Assembly (NCBI GenBank): GCA_963663765.2 | Contig: CAXXUA010000011.1 | Location: 117,491 to 181,490 of the forward strand | Source: Candidatus Poribacteria bacterium | Lineage (GTDB): Bacteria; Poribacteria; WGA-4E; WGA-3G | Direction: 5' to 3' | Length of the DNA stretch: 64,000 nucleotides | Part shown: in pieces, positions 48,557 through 59,588 of the stretch | How positions within the stretch are numbered: position 1 is the first letter of the stretch | Layout of the letters: each line of letters begins with the position of its first letter | Made by a program: the position numbers and the translations under genes | Notes under the pieces: model-generated | The model's database searches: none | The model's input: the letters and a program-made list of their open reading frames with translations, nothing else | What the model was told of the DNA's origin: nothing

Positions 48557-51205
48557 TCAAATTTTCTGTGAACCGCCACTTGTCTTCATAAATTGGATAC
48601 TTGAATGTATTAATGAGTCAGTTGTGTCAATAGTTAATTGGTAAATAGGTTTATCCCAACTGTATTGATACTTACCACCGTAAGCTGAGACACCGATTGG
48701 AATATAATCTTCTGGTACGTGTATAAAGAATGTTCCTTGTGTTTGCCGCAGTGGTTGACTGACAATGAGGTAACTTTGACTGAACTCATCCCAACCTGCT
48801 GACAAAATCTCAACACTTCCCTGTGTATAATGTATGTCTGTTGAAAGTAGTTGGGGTATTGATTGCTCTTCTCTGAAACATAGCAATTTTGCAGAACGTG
48901 GCGCAAGATTCAGGAGTGTTACATTTTTTGAGACGACACCTAAATATTGCCGCATCCAAAAATCGTGGACAAGGTAATCTTTATTGGAATTGAGTCCAGC
49001 ATCTTCCAAATTTAGGTGGACATCTTCTTGTTGGTCTTTCCAGTTAAAAACACCGATGAGATTCCAAGATTCTCGCTTTGTTGTAACTGGGAGATTCCAA
49101 ATCTGTGGACATGTTTCATCAAAATGATCAACCGATGTAGCAGCATTACCAGAGAGTGGGAATAACTTTGCAATTAACTCTGCACGGTGCGTAGAAAACG
49201 TACTTGGTGTATTTGCACACAAAACAGCAGCTCCACTCAATGCAGCAGCTGTCATCTCAACTATTGCTTCATTTACAGGGCGCGGTTGATCTACTTTTAA
49301 TTCTCCATATATCTGATTCCAAAGTGTTTTTTGTGTGTTAAGATTACCTGTATACCGGCTTAATCTATGCTTTGTTCCATTCTGTTGATGCCATGCGTCG
49401 CTGTTATCTATGTTCTTATGACGTAATTGGGGATAATTCAACTGAAAACTTCCAATACTAACGCATTCAATTACATTGTATCCAGCAAGAAGAACATCTT
49501 TTTTAGTTGTCTCAACAGAGTCAGTCATTAGTTGGACAGCGTGTTGATACAATTCAGTAGACGTTAGTGCTTTCTCATACCATTTTGCATTTGGTGCGAC
49601 AACCATCAGACCACATGTATAACTTGAAAAATCAGCTTTGATTAGGTCAAATTGCCATTCGTTTACTAATTTTCTAACGACTTTCCGGATGTGTTTTTTC
49701 ACTTCAGGGTGGGATGCATCCAATATAGCCAATGCTTTTTCTCTTCCGGGCAAATATACTTCAATAGGTTTATTAGCTTTTGCTTGTTTAAGTTTGTTAT
49801 CCTTGGAATTCGTCTGTGTCGTTTTTCTGTAGCGTAAACAAGCATCTGGGAACTTTTTTAGCAGATCTGAATTGGTATCAATACAGAAAGGATCAATACA
49901 GATACCCGCTTTAAATCCCTCTGCATGTAACTGTTCAACTACTGGTGACATACCATCAGGGAAGTTATCTTTGCTAAGTGACAAGTATCCCGGTTTTTGC
50001 TGCCAACCTGTTTCTATTTGAATATATTCAATACCTCCAGAAAGATTTGGATTAAAGATTGGACTTTTTGTGATAAAATCAGTTTGCTCTTTGATAGTTT
50101 TTGCACCAAATTCTTCTTGAATGTTCTCAGTTGAAAAAGTCCAACCAGTTAGTGTTTTCTCTGTATTGTCTTTTGAAGATGTATGATTAATTGTAGATAT
50201 GTGTTGAGAGGATTTTTGGGTGTGTGTCTTATGTTCAGCAGCCATCCGTTCAGTATAGCGCTCAAGTGATTTGTGTGCTTCATCTGAGAAATCAAGGTAT
50301 CCGATTTCTGAAGTAAATGCTTCTCCAGATTGACATTCCATATTTTCACAATCATTATATAGTGACCAAGTTGTTAAACCTTGTTGAGTTTTACTGTTTG
50401 GTATCTTGTAGCCAATTTGCATACGTGGCCACCATTTTTTTGCAGTAAGGAATCCAAATACAAATGATTTCTTGCTTTCGGTGTCGTATAAGATACCATC
50501 TTGAATTGGCTGCAATGTGTTATCTTGGTTTAATTCAAACCCATCATAAATCTTATGCCGTACACTGGCGCAGGGAGAAATTGGAGGCATATTTAATAGG
50601 AGATGGTATTGAGAAGGATGTCCCCCTAATTGTATAGAACCATACTGTGTTGAAATATCAACCAGTGTTATATCTGATATTTTGATTGGTTTTGTGTATG
50701 TGTTTTCAACACATACTCTAAGTAAAATATACGGGTGTTCTGCGTAACAGGTCAGATACGTGTGAATACGGATACCAGTATCTTCAGAGTCATTACTTTT
50801 TTCTTTTGAGATTTTTCTTGAAGAACTGTGGGTGGCATGTGTATTTTCTTTATCGGAGTTCTTATTTGTTGAGACGTTTCGATTCTCATAGGTTTCAGTA
50901 CTTTCATAAGAAAACTTCAAAGTTTGTGAAACTCCATAAGTGTCAGATTTCATTGGTTCGGTAAGAAATTCCCGATATCCATCATCAATTGTCTTTAATG
51001 CGTTTCCATCTGACAATTGAATTTGCGTGAACCCATTTTTTATGATTGTTTTACCAGATTTATCTTTATAATTCCATGTGCCTTTTGATAAACTATACTC
51101 AATTTGGTATTCTTGATGATTTAAAACTACACATTCTCCACGACGCGAAACGACTAACTTGTCAAAATTCATGCACGTATTCCTTCTATTTCCACTTGCA
51201 GGCAA
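48557..51205 (-). CDS. GH36 alpha-galactosidase-like protein
   Basis: FPDGMSPV, LDASHPEV, IKADF, C-terminal VFNW...HDFW; several active-site motifs degenerate. Confidence 0.75.
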   Translation of the reverse strand: MPASGNRRNTCMNFDKLVVSRRGECVVLNHQEYQIEYSLSKGTWNYKDKSGKTIIKNGFTQIQLSDGNALKTIDDGYREFLTEPMKSDTYGVSQTLKFSYESTETYENRNVSTNKNSDKENTHATHSSSRKISKEKSNDSEDTGIRIHTYLTCYAEHPYILLRVCVENTYTKPIKISDITLVDISTQYGSIQLGGHPSQYHLLLNMPPISPCASVRHKIYDGFELNQDNTLQPIQDGILYDTESKKSFVFGFLTAKKWWPRMQIGYKIPNSKTQQGLTTWSLYNDCENMECQSGEAFTSEIGYLDFSDEAHKSLERYTERMAAEHKTHTQKSSQHISTINHTSSKDNTEKTLTGWTFSTENIQEEFGAKTIKEQTDFITKSPIFNPNLSGGIEYIQIETGWQQKPGYLSLSKDNFPDGMSPVVEQLHAEGFKAGICIDPFCIDTNSDLLKKFPDACLRYRKTTQTNSKDNKLKQAKANKPIEVYLPGREKALAILDASHPEVKKHIRKVVRKLVNEWQFDLIKADFSSYTCGLMVVAPNAKWYEKALTSTELYQHAVQLMTDSVETTKKDVLLAGYNVIECVSIGSFQLNYPQLRHKNIDNSDAWHQQNGTKHRLSRYTGNLNTQKTLWNQIYGELKVDQPRPVNEAIVEMTAAALSGAAVLCANTPSTFSTHRAELIAKLFPLSGNAATSVDHFDETCPQIWNLPVTTKRESWNLIGVFNWKDQQEDVHLNLEDAGLNSNKDYLVHDFWMRQYLGVVSKNVTLLNLAPRSAKLLCFREEQSIPQLLSTDIHYTQGSVEILSAGWDEFSQSYLIVSQPLRQTQGTFFIHVPEDYIPIGVSAYGGKYQYSWDKPIYQLTIDTTDSLIHSSIQFMKTSGGSQKI

Positions 51206-51659
51206 TCACCCTAAAGTACTTACTGTGAAACGACCATTAGAATGTCGTTTTTGTTTAAAATTGTGTATCTGATAATAGACATTCGTTGTTCACTCTATTC
51301 AACACCAAATATAATTGAAGTGAGAACTCTTAATCAGAGACGAGAAATCTAAATTTACAGCATAGTATTCTATGTTATTAGGGTAACATACCGATATATA
51401 TCAGGAGATAATAAAGCATGTGTTTCGTTTGCGGAATTAACTTCTAAAATTTAGCAATTTTGAATTGTTTTATTCTATGTTATAAATTCTTGATAACGAA
51501 ACAATTATTCCTGATTCTAAAAGTCCTAAAATGTCAGCAGAATAATAAATTATCAATGCAATGCCTTTTAAATATCCTGCTGAGAGTAATTGTCAATAAT
51601 ACTTATATATTTGTATATCCAGTAATTGTATTACGCGGTAATTATTATCGGCTTTTGCG

Positions 51660-52235
51660 TCAGACATCTGGATAACGATAAAATTTGATGCATGTATTTC
51701 CATACTTTTTATTTCTAAAATTTATAAGTGAACCAATATCCAAAGGTAATGCTGTTTTTCGATGATGTTCAACTAAGAGTATACCTTTAGAATGTAATAT
51801 ACATGCATCTGAAATTTGTTGTAGACACTTAATATAAAGTGCTGCATCGTAAGGGGGATCAAAATAGATCAGATCATAAATCTTTTTCTGTCTGTTCAAT
51901 GATAATAGTCCAATTGTTGTATTTGCATGTAACAGATCAATCTGCGAGTGGTTTCTTGCTAAACCACAACACAGAAGATTTTTCTCAATCAATTTGATGG
52001 ATGTTAAACTATTATCTAAAAAGGTAACATGACTTGCGCCCTGACTGAGTGCTTCAATTCCAATATTCCCAGTGCCAGCACACAAGTCTAAAAACTTTGC
52101 ATTAAATACATGCTTTCGAATTATACTAAAAACAGACTCTTTGACTCTATCAGACGTTGGTCTTACTGTCTTGTTTTTAGGAGTAGTCAAGTGTCTGCCT
52201 TTATATTTCCCAGCAATCACCCGCATTTTTGACAC
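51660..52235 (-). CDS. rsmD: 16S rRNA m2G966 methyltransferase RsmD
   Basis: MRVIAGKYKGR, RPTSDRVKES, LDLCAGTGNIGIEALS.GA, DPPY. Confidence 0.95.
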   Translation of the reverse strand: MSKMRVIAGKYKGRHLTTPKNKTVRPTSDRVKESVFSIIRKHVFNAKFLDLCAGTGNIGIEALSQGASHVTFLDNSLTSIKLIEKNLLCCGLARNHSQIDLLHANTTIGLLSLNRQKKIYDLIYFDPPYDAALYIKCLQQISDACILHSKGILLVEHHRKTALPLDIGSLINFRNKKYGNTCIKFYRYPDV

Positions 52236-52292
52236 CTAATTATATTGTCAATTTATTAGAATCTTGCTACCAGACACTTGACTTGCACGAGG

Positions 52293-53606
52293 TTAAACGA
52301 ACAATTCTTCAATGACTTTACCTTCATCTACAACGCGTATTGGACGGCCAGAACGAGAAATGTTTTCCTCTTCGTAGTTAATCCCAAGAGCAAAACACAT
52401 CGATGCAAATAGATCGGAAACACCGATTGGATTGTCAGCAACTTTTAATCCGTCTTCAGTAGTGCTCCCAATGACTTGACCTCCACGGGTTCCGCCACCT
52501 GCTATAACAGCGGACCATCCATTCGGATGATGGTCACGTCCATCATTCATATTGATCTTAGGTGTTCTTCCAAATTCACCGAGCCAAAGAACAACAGTTT
52601 CATCAAGTAGATCGCGTTCACTTAGATCTTTTATTAGCATTGCATACGCCGGGTCAACGATTTCAAGGAGGTCTTTTGTTCTCTCAAAGTTATTTTCATG
52701 AGTGTCCCAACCATCAAGTGTGATTTCAACAAATTTGACACCAGATTCTACAAGCCGTCTTGCCATCAAGCATCCCTGACCGAAGCGGTTCATTCCGTAA
52801 GCCTCACGCACAGCGACCGATTCTTCATTGAGTTCAAAAGCCTTTAGTTTGGGTGAGTTGAGGAGTTCGTCAGCTTTTTTATAGATAGCTTGATGTGCTT
52901 CTGTTCCACGGCTAGTCCGTTTTGCGATGAAATCTTTTTCAAGGTTGTTCAGCATCTTAAGCCGTTCACGAAAACGGTAGGTATCCATTTGTGCTGGATA
53001 TGAAATATCGTCAACCGGTTTCATCGGATTGTTGACAACGAAGGGATCATGAACTGCACCAAGAAATCCACCTGAATAAGTCGGTGAGTTAATGTTTACA
53101 CAACTGGGTAGTTTAGATACATTATCATCAAGATAGTAAGAGGTTAACGACCCCAAGGTAGGATGTCTGACTGCTCCACCTGGTGCATAACCGGTATGGA
53201 GTAAATACCGGGCTCGTTCATGATTACCTTCACGGGTTACCATTGAACGGATTATGGATAGGTGATGTGCTTGTTCAGCAACTTGCGGTAGATGTTCTGA
53301 AACCTGAATGCCTTTAACACTCGTGGAAATTGGCATAAAGGGACCGCTATTGTCTTCAGAAGGATCTTTTGGATCAAAGGTATCTAACTGACTGGGACCA
53401 CCGCTCATAAACATAACAATACAATGCTTAGCGCGAGGGATTACCTCTGATAATTCTGCAGTACCCGTAGAACCAAAGTGTTGCAATGCTACAAGTCCAA
53501 GAAAACTACTCACACCATATTTCAAAAAACCGCGACGAGATACTTCTTTATGCCACAGTTCAGGTGAATCATATTCAGGAACCCACAATTCTGTAGTAAT
53601 ACTCAT
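52293..53606 (-). CDS. DUF1501 domain protein with Tat-like signal
   Basis: SRRGFLK, GGPSQLDTFDPK, ARRLVESGV, WDTH, EFGRTP, GRDH. Confidence 0.92.
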   Translation of the reverse strand: MSITTELWVPEYDSPELWHKEVSRRGFLKYGVSSFLGLVALQHFGSTGTAELSEVIPRAKHCIVMFMSGGPSQLDTFDPKDPSEDNSGPFMPISTSVKGIQVSEHLPQVAEQAHHLSIIRSMVTREGNHERARYLLHTGYAPGGAVRHPTLGSLTSYYLDDNVSKLPSCVNINSPTYSGGFLGAVHDPFVVNNPMKPVDDISYPAQMDTYRFRERLKMLNNLEKDFIAKRTSRGTEAHQAIYKKADELLNSPKLKAFELNEESVAVREAYGMNRFGQGCLMARRLVESGVKFVEITLDGWDTHENNFERTKDLLEIVDPAYAMLIKDLSERDLLDETVVLWLGEFGRTPKINMNDGRDHHPNGWSAVIAGGGTRGGQVIGSTTEDGLKVADNPIGVSDLFASMCFALGINYEEENISRSGRPIRVVDEGKVIEELFV

Positions 53607-53897
53607 TTTGTATAAGCATCCTTAATACATATAGAATGCTTCTCCATATTTTACCCGCAACGATATGTCAACATTTTATTCACATCTGCGGGGAAGATGT
53701 CAATGTGTGACGTAATGGAATTTGTAAAATATGCTCTGAATGTTCTTAATATGTTCTATTTTATTGATTGCTTTAAACTGAAACAGCGATATTTCTTCAA
53801 CTTTCATACTTCTGTGAACCACATTATGTATCATAAGCACTGAATTGTTTATATAATAACATGCTATAAAAAATAAAACAAGTTAAAAATCTGTCAG

Positions 53898-54382
53898 GGG
53901 TGTGTAAAGTTTTTGCACAGAGGTACTAACTTTTGTTCTCTTTAGTCCCGTAGGGACGCAATGTTTATAGAAAGACGTTATCACATCCCTCTCTTTAGTT
54001 CCGTAGGAACGATATAGAAGGATAAACATATCGTCCCTACGGGACTAAAAAGACGTGGGGATATGTCTTTCTATAAACATATCGTCCCTTCGGGACTGAA
54101 GAATATGGTTAATATTAACAATATTTCTTTATATTGACACCTAATGAGGTTTGACAATCAAAATCGGTAGTTGAATTCGTAGGGGTTGGGTTCCCCAACC
54201 CGTTGGTTTTTGAGTTTGCGTAGAACATGTGTGGAAACCACGTCCCTACGAATACACAACTTGAACGTCAAAACTCATTAGGACTCTGTGTCCGCAATCT
54301 CTCATTTAATCAGTTGCGGCGGGGCACAGAGACCTGCCCTACAATGGAGAGTGGGATGTTTGTGTTATAACTTTACACACCC
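53898..54382. mobile_element. GGGTGTGTAAAG-TIR composite MITE, copy 2
   Basis: TIRs plus flanking direct repeat ATCTGTCA(G); nested TAATGA...TCATTA element at 54142-54280. Confidence 0.9.
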
Positions 54383-54446
54383 ATCTGTCAGGGGTGTGTA
54401 AAGTTATAGCAGACAGAATTAGTCAATCAACGGTAGGAATGCCTTA

Positions 54447-55020
54447 TGAAAATTAATAACTAAATTAGGCAATTCTATCTTATCCACAGCGGTATGCGTG
54501 CTTTGTAAGCGCGCTGGCACATCAAGTCCCCAGAGCGCGCTTACAAAGCACGCCTACCGTTTGAGAAATATTTTATTACCGATTTAATAAAATAATTTTC
54601 ATTTAGATTGTGTTCTCTGAAGCACAATCTAAATGAAAATTAATAACTAAATTAACGAGTTGTGCTAAATAACTATATATTAACCATTGTTTCACATAAG
54701 CATGACGTTTTGCAGGTGTCCTTCATAGTTTGAAACGATCTTCAGTCCCGTAGGGACGATATGTTTATAGAAAAACGTCAAAGTACATCCTCTTTAGTCC
54801 CGTAGGGACGATATGTGTGCATTATAAACCTAATATATGTAAAAACTTTGAAAACAATGGGTTAACTGGCACAAGTCGTTAAATTAGGCAATTCTATCTT
54901 ACCCACAGTTGTAGGCGTGCTTTGTAAGCGCGCTGGCACATCAAGTCCGAAAAGCGCGCTTACAAAGCACGCCTACCGTCGGAGAGATATTTTATTACCG
55001 ATTTAATAAATTACTCTTCA
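54447..55020. mobile_element. Two TGAA(G/A)-TIR MITEs; the second carries a nested ACGAGTTGTGC element
   Basis: 54447-54601 and 54634-55020 each hold a GTAGGCGTGCTTTGTAAGCGCGC REP pair; insert 54655-54879 is flanked by TAAATTA. Confidence 0.8.
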
Positions 55021-55074
55021 TACAGATTGTGTTACATTGGTAGCAACTTAGGTAACTTTACAAAAATCTTAACT

Positions 55075-55845
55075 CTATATGTTAGAACGGGACTGACACC
55101 CATCAACATTGATACAAGCACCCGTAACGAGGCTTGCACGGTGGGATGCAAGAAACACAGCAACATTTGCAATTTCTTCAGGTTTCCCAAAACGACCAAG
55201 TGGCATTTCACTTTCAACAAATGCTTGCATCCCTTCAGGATCCGCTTTGATACGTCTATCCCAACCACCCCCAGGAAAAAGTATGGAACCAGGGGCAATA
55301 CTATTAACACGGATATTGTCAGGTGCTAATTCCTTTGCCAACGATTTTGTCATACTTATTTCTGCGGCTTTCGCTGCATTATAGGTGATATGACCACCAC
55401 CTTCTCTACCATAAATTGAGGTAATCATCAATATTACACCACCACCTTGTTTCTGCATAACAGGGATTGCATGTCTGTTAATCCGAGTTGCTGAAACAAG
55501 ATTGAGATCGAGTATTTCGTGCCATTCGTCATCTGTAATCTCGTTTAGAGGTGTCCAACGACTCCCACCGACATTGTTAACTACAACATCAATCCTTCCA
55601 AATCGTTCAAACGTCTGTGTCATGAATGCATGGACTTGGTTAGCATCAGTCACATCAGTAGGTTTTGAGAATATTTCTATATTATGGGTTTTCAGTTCAT
55701 TAACTACATTCTCAAGGTTTTCAGGGTCTCTTCCACAGATACTAAGACGTACACCTTCTTCGGCAAAACCGAATGTGATGGCTTTACCAATGCCTCTACT
55801 TGCTCCCGTTACAACAACCACCTTTTCCTTTAGTTCTAAATTCAT
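55075..55845 (-). CDS. Short-chain dehydrogenase/reductase
   Basis: TGASRGIG, NNVG, YNAAK, VNSIAPG, GRFGKPEEIA. Confidence 0.93.
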   Translation of the reverse strand: MNLELKEKVVVVTGASRGIGKAITFGFAEEGVRLSICGRDPENLENVVNELKTHNIEIFSKPTDVTDANQVHAFMTQTFERFGRIDVVVNNVGGSRWTPLNEITDDEWHEILDLNLVSATRINRHAIPVMQKQGGGVILMITSIYGREGGGHITYNAAKAAEISMTKSLAKELAPDNIRVNSIAPGSILFPGGGWDRRIKADPEGMQAFVESEMPLGRFGKPEEIANVAVFLASHRASLVTGACINVDGCQSRSNI

Positions 55846-55875
55846 AAACTACTCCATTAATTAGACCTACTCATG

Positions 55876-58800
55876 CTATCTATGTTTAAACTTCCATGAC
55901 ACTATTTTTGAAATTCCAGCTTGTTCCATCGTCACACCATACATCACATCAGCAATCTCCTTAGTTCTATTGTTATGTGTGATGATTACAAACTGTGTCT
56001 TATCCGAATAATTGCGGATAAGATTCGTGAAACGCAGAACGTTTGCTTCGTCAAGTGCTGCATCAACTTCATCAAGTACACAGAAAGGACTCGGTTTGAT
56101 TTTAAAGACAGCAAATAGCAATCCAATTGCTACAAGTGAACGTTCACCACCAGAAAGTTGTGTAATACTTTGTGGACGTTTACCGGGAGGACGCGCTATG
56201 ATTTCAACACCTGACTCAAGCACGTTGTCTTCATCTGTCAATCTTAGTTCAGTTTCTCCGCCACCAAAAAGTTCAGTAAATACATCTTGAAAATTCACCT
56301 TTACCTTCTCAAAGGTTTTTAGGAACTTCTCTTGAGAAGTTTTGTTGATTTTCTTTATTGCTTGATAAGCAGATTCAATGGATTGCTGTATATCTTCGCG
56401 TTGCGATTCAAGGAAGTTTAATCGTTTTTGATGTTCCTCATAAGCCTGGATTGCTTTCTGATTTACTGCCCCCATAGCGGAAAGTTCTGCTTTCAGTTTC
56501 TCAATGTTGTCTAACAAATCAATTTCATTGTGTATGGTAGTATTTTGACCTGTATCCTGTTCTTGGTTTATTGCTTCGTCAATTTGGAGAATCGGTTTAG
56601 GTATTTCATCAATAGAAACCTGGTATTTATCAAGAATATGTTTTGAGATAGATTTCAACTGCATTTCAAGTTGAGTGATTTTCATTTCAAGTTGATGATG
56701 CCGTTTATTTTGTTTTTCAAATTTTCTTCTTGTACTTCGTATCTCTGTTTGAAGCGTTTCAATTTCCGTATAGTTTGATTGTTTTTCTTCGGACAATTCC
56801 TCATATTCTGCTTCCGCCTCAGCACGATCCCCTTCTATTCTTAGAAACTTACGTTGTGCTTCAGCAATTTGATCGGAAATATCTTGCTTTGTTTGTTCGT
56901 CAGAATCTATGATTGCTTGTTGTTCCTTGATATTCTGTTCAATTTGAATCACATTTTCATCAAACCCTTTCAGTTCAGTTCCAATGCTTTCCAACTTTTG
57001 CCATTGTCCTGCTAAGAAGATTTCCATACTCTGACAACCTTTAGCAATCTCTTCATGTTTTTTTGTTTCACTCTCAATTTGTTCAAAAATTCTATTTATT
57101 CTTCGTTCTGTATTTGTCTGTTTTTTTGTTAATGCATCGATTTCATCAGTGAGTTTCTGCATTTCTTCACGTGATATATCAAAGGTTTCTTGGAGATCTT
57201 TGTTTTCGGTTTCAACTTCTGTCAGTCTTTCTTTAAGTTGTGAGATGTTTTGGTCAGACAACTCAATATCCTTTTTGATGGATCCTATTTCTATCTGTAC
57301 ATTTTGTAACTCGGTTGTAAGTTTCTGCTTTTCTTGTTGTGCTTTTACAATTGTAGCGGCTAATAACTTGCGCTTATTATCTTTCTCATTAACCCTAATT
57401 TGTATTTCACTTATCTTAGATTTGAGTATATCAAGTTCGTTAGTACGAGTGAGAAGTCCTGTTTTCTTTTGATCAGAATGTCCACCTGTAATTGCTCCAG
57501 TGGTCTCAAAAAGTTCTCCATCCAGAGTGACTAATCTTGCTCTTGAATTGAACTTACGTTTTAGTGCAATTGCTGCGTCAAAGTCTTCAATGATAAGTGT
57601 ATTGCCCAATAGTTGCTGAACTACTGTGTCATATTTGGAGTCGAATTCCACAAGGTCTTCAGCAACCCCTATCACACCATATTTATCAAGTAAATCATCG
57701 TCATAAAATGTTCTACGTCTAATAGTATCAAGAGGTAGGAATTTGACTATGCCAGCACGATGTTTCTTCAGGAAGTTGATTGCGGTCTTAGCATCTTCAG
57801 CAGTTTCAGCGACAACATTTTGGATAGCACTTCCGAGCGCTACCTCTATTGCGATTTCGTATTCTGTTTTTGTACTAATAAGTTCAGCGACTACACCGCA
57901 AATTCCATTAAACTGATCTGGATAGTGTTGTTTTGCTTGCATGATAGAACGCACTCCTGCATAGTAACCTTCATAAGCGGAATGCAATTGCTCTAATGAC
58001 TTATACCGGGAAGAACTTACACCTAAGTTGTTTTGCAGACCAGATAATTCAGCTTCAAGTTTTCGTAGTTCATCCTGCGTTTCATTATATGTTTTTTCAA
58101 CCTGTTTTTTGCTTGTATCCACTTGAAAAAACTGTGCATTTAGTTCGTTTTCAACACTTTGAATTTGTTCACGTTTTTCTATTGCTGTTTTCAACTCTGC
58201 TTTTAAAGCATCCGTTGTTGTCTGAAGACGGTTGCGGTTGCTCTGTGTACTTGATAACGTATGTTCTATGGTTAGACGGTTGCTTTTACGTTCAGAAAGT
58301 GTTGAAGTTGTTTCTTGGAGTAGAATCTGTGCTTCTTGATGGTCAGATTTTGATTTTTTTATCCTTTCATCAAATTGTTCTAAAGTTTTCTTGCGTGCAG
58401 ACAAGCGACTTTCTTCAATCTTGCATGTTGCTTCAAGTTTCTTCTGTTCTTGTATCCGTTCTTTTTTCCTTGTCTGTATATGCACTATTTGTGAATTTAA
58501 TGACTCCAATGTTTGTACTGCTCTTTGCCGTTGTTGTTGTATATTCAATTGGTTTTCTTTATAAACAACAATCTCACGTTCAATTTTGTCACTTTTTGCT
58601 TCAATTTCGCGAATTTCTTCCTGAGATTTGTTGATAGCACCATCCAATTCTGATCTGCGATTGTTTGCCTTTTCTATCTGTTCCTCAACGTCTTGAATGA
58701 GTTGATTTGCATCAGTAACTTCGTTTATGATAGAATCTAATTCTTCCTGTTTTTCTCGGTATTCTGTGGCAAGTTTTTCATATTCACGACATGCAAGACC

Positions 58801-59481
58801 TAATTCTAATTGTTGTAGATTTTCTTTAACTTGTTGATAATGTTTGGCTTGTTCTGCTTGTTTTTTAAGTGATTCAGTATCTCGTTGTGCTTCTTGAATA
58901 ATATCGTTGATTCGTACTAAATTTTGTTGAGTTTCTTCTAATTTTCGTTCAGCAATTTTCTTATTATGTTTGTATTTCGTAATACCTGCAACTTCATCAA
59001 ATAGAAATCGGCGTTCTTCTGGTCGCACATTGAGAATTAGATCAATTTTACTCTGTTCCATGACAGAATAAGCATCAACACCAATTCCTGTATCCATAAA
59101 AAGTTCTGTTATATCACGAAGTCTGCAAGGTGTTTGATTAATGAGGTAATTACTTTCGCCATCTCGTGACAACTGTCTACCAACTTCCACATCAGGAGAT
59201 CCAACAGATAGACTTTCGGAGATATTTGTAAAAGATAATGTAACACTTGCTTTTTGAGAGGGTTTAAAATTTGCACCACCGTTGAATAGGAGATCACGCA
59301 TATTTGTACATCGCAATGCACGGGCACTCTTTTCACCTAGTACCCAACGGATCGCATCAGAAACGTTACTTTTACCACATCCGTTTGGTCCAACGATTGT
59401 CGTAATTCCTGGTTCCAGTAACAGAACTACTTCCTCGGCAAAACTTTTAAATCCTTTTATTTTAATGCTACTTAAATGCAA
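55876..59481 (-). CDS. smc: Chromosome segregation protein SMC
   Basis: GFKSF, GPNGCGKSN, coiled coils, hinge, LSGGE, LDEVDAALD. Confidence 0.98.
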   Translation of the reverse strand: MHLSSIKIKGFKSFAEEVVLLLEPGITTIVGPNGCGKSNVSDAIRWVLGEKSARALRCTNMRDLLFNGGANFKPSQKASVTLSFTNISESLSVGSPDVEVGRQLSRDGESNYLINQTPCRLRDITELFMDTGIGVDAYSVMEQSKIDLILNVRPEERRFLFDEVAGITKYKHNKKIAERKLEETQQNLVRINDIIQEAQRDTESLKKQAEQAKHYQQVKENLQQLELGLACREYEKLATEYREKQEELDSIINEVTDANQLIQDVEEQIEKANNRRSELDGAINKSQEEIREIEAKSDKIEREIVVYKENQLNIQQQRQRAVQTLESLNSQIVHIQTRKKERIQEQKKLEATCKIEESRLSARKKTLEQFDERIKKSKSDHQEAQILLQETTSTLSERKSNRLTIEHTLSSTQSNRNRLQTTTDALKAELKTAIEKREQIQSVENELNAQFFQVDTSKKQVEKTYNETQDELRKLEAELSGLQNNLGVSSSRYKSLEQLHSAYEGYYAGVRSIMQAKQHYPDQFNGICGVVAELISTKTEYEIAIEVALGSAIQNVVAETAEDAKTAINFLKKHRAGIVKFLPLDTIRRRTFYDDDLLDKYGVIGVAEDLVEFDSKYDTVVQQLLGNTLIIEDFDAAIALKRKFNSRARLVTLDGELFETTGAITGGHSDQKKTGLLTRTNELDILKSKISEIQIRVNEKDNKRKLLAATIVKAQQEKQKLTTELQNVQIEIGSIKKDIELSDQNISQLKERLTEVETENKDLQETFDISREEMQKLTDEIDALTKKQTNTERRINRIFEQIESETKKHEEIAKGCQSMEIFLAGQWQKLESIGTELKGFDENVIQIEQNIKEQQAIIDSDEQTKQDISDQIAEAQRKFLRIEGDRAEAEAEYEELSEEKQSNYTEIETLQTEIRSTRRKFEKQNKRHHQLEMKITQLEMQLKSISKHILDKYQVSIDEIPKPILQIDEAINQEQDTGQNTTIHNEIDLLDNIEKLKAELSAMGAVNQKAIQAYEEHQKRLNFLESQREDIQQSIESAYQAIKKINKTSQEKFLKTFEKVKVNFQDVFTELFGGGETELRLTDEDNVLESGVEIIARPPGKRPQSITQLSGGERSLVAIGLLFAVFKIKPSPFCVLDEVDAALDEANVLRFTNLIRNYSDKTQFVIITHNNRTKEIADVMYGVTMEQAGISKIVSWKFKHR

Positions 59482-59588
59482 GGTTAACCTCCTACCGTAA
59501 AATTATTTCTGACATAATTATCGTAGTTAACGCTATATTATTACACATTTAACCTATTATTTTATACGCAAAATCAGTAAATTTGGTT

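Noticed and set aside
51206-51659. ncRNA, replication origin or 71-aa ORF in an AT-rich spacer
   Set aside because: No DnaA-box cluster, stable structure or coding signal that I can support
57996-58634. 212-aa ORF antisense to smc and the many other short antisense ORFs
   Set aside because: They lie wholly opposite well-supported genes and show no motifs or RBS
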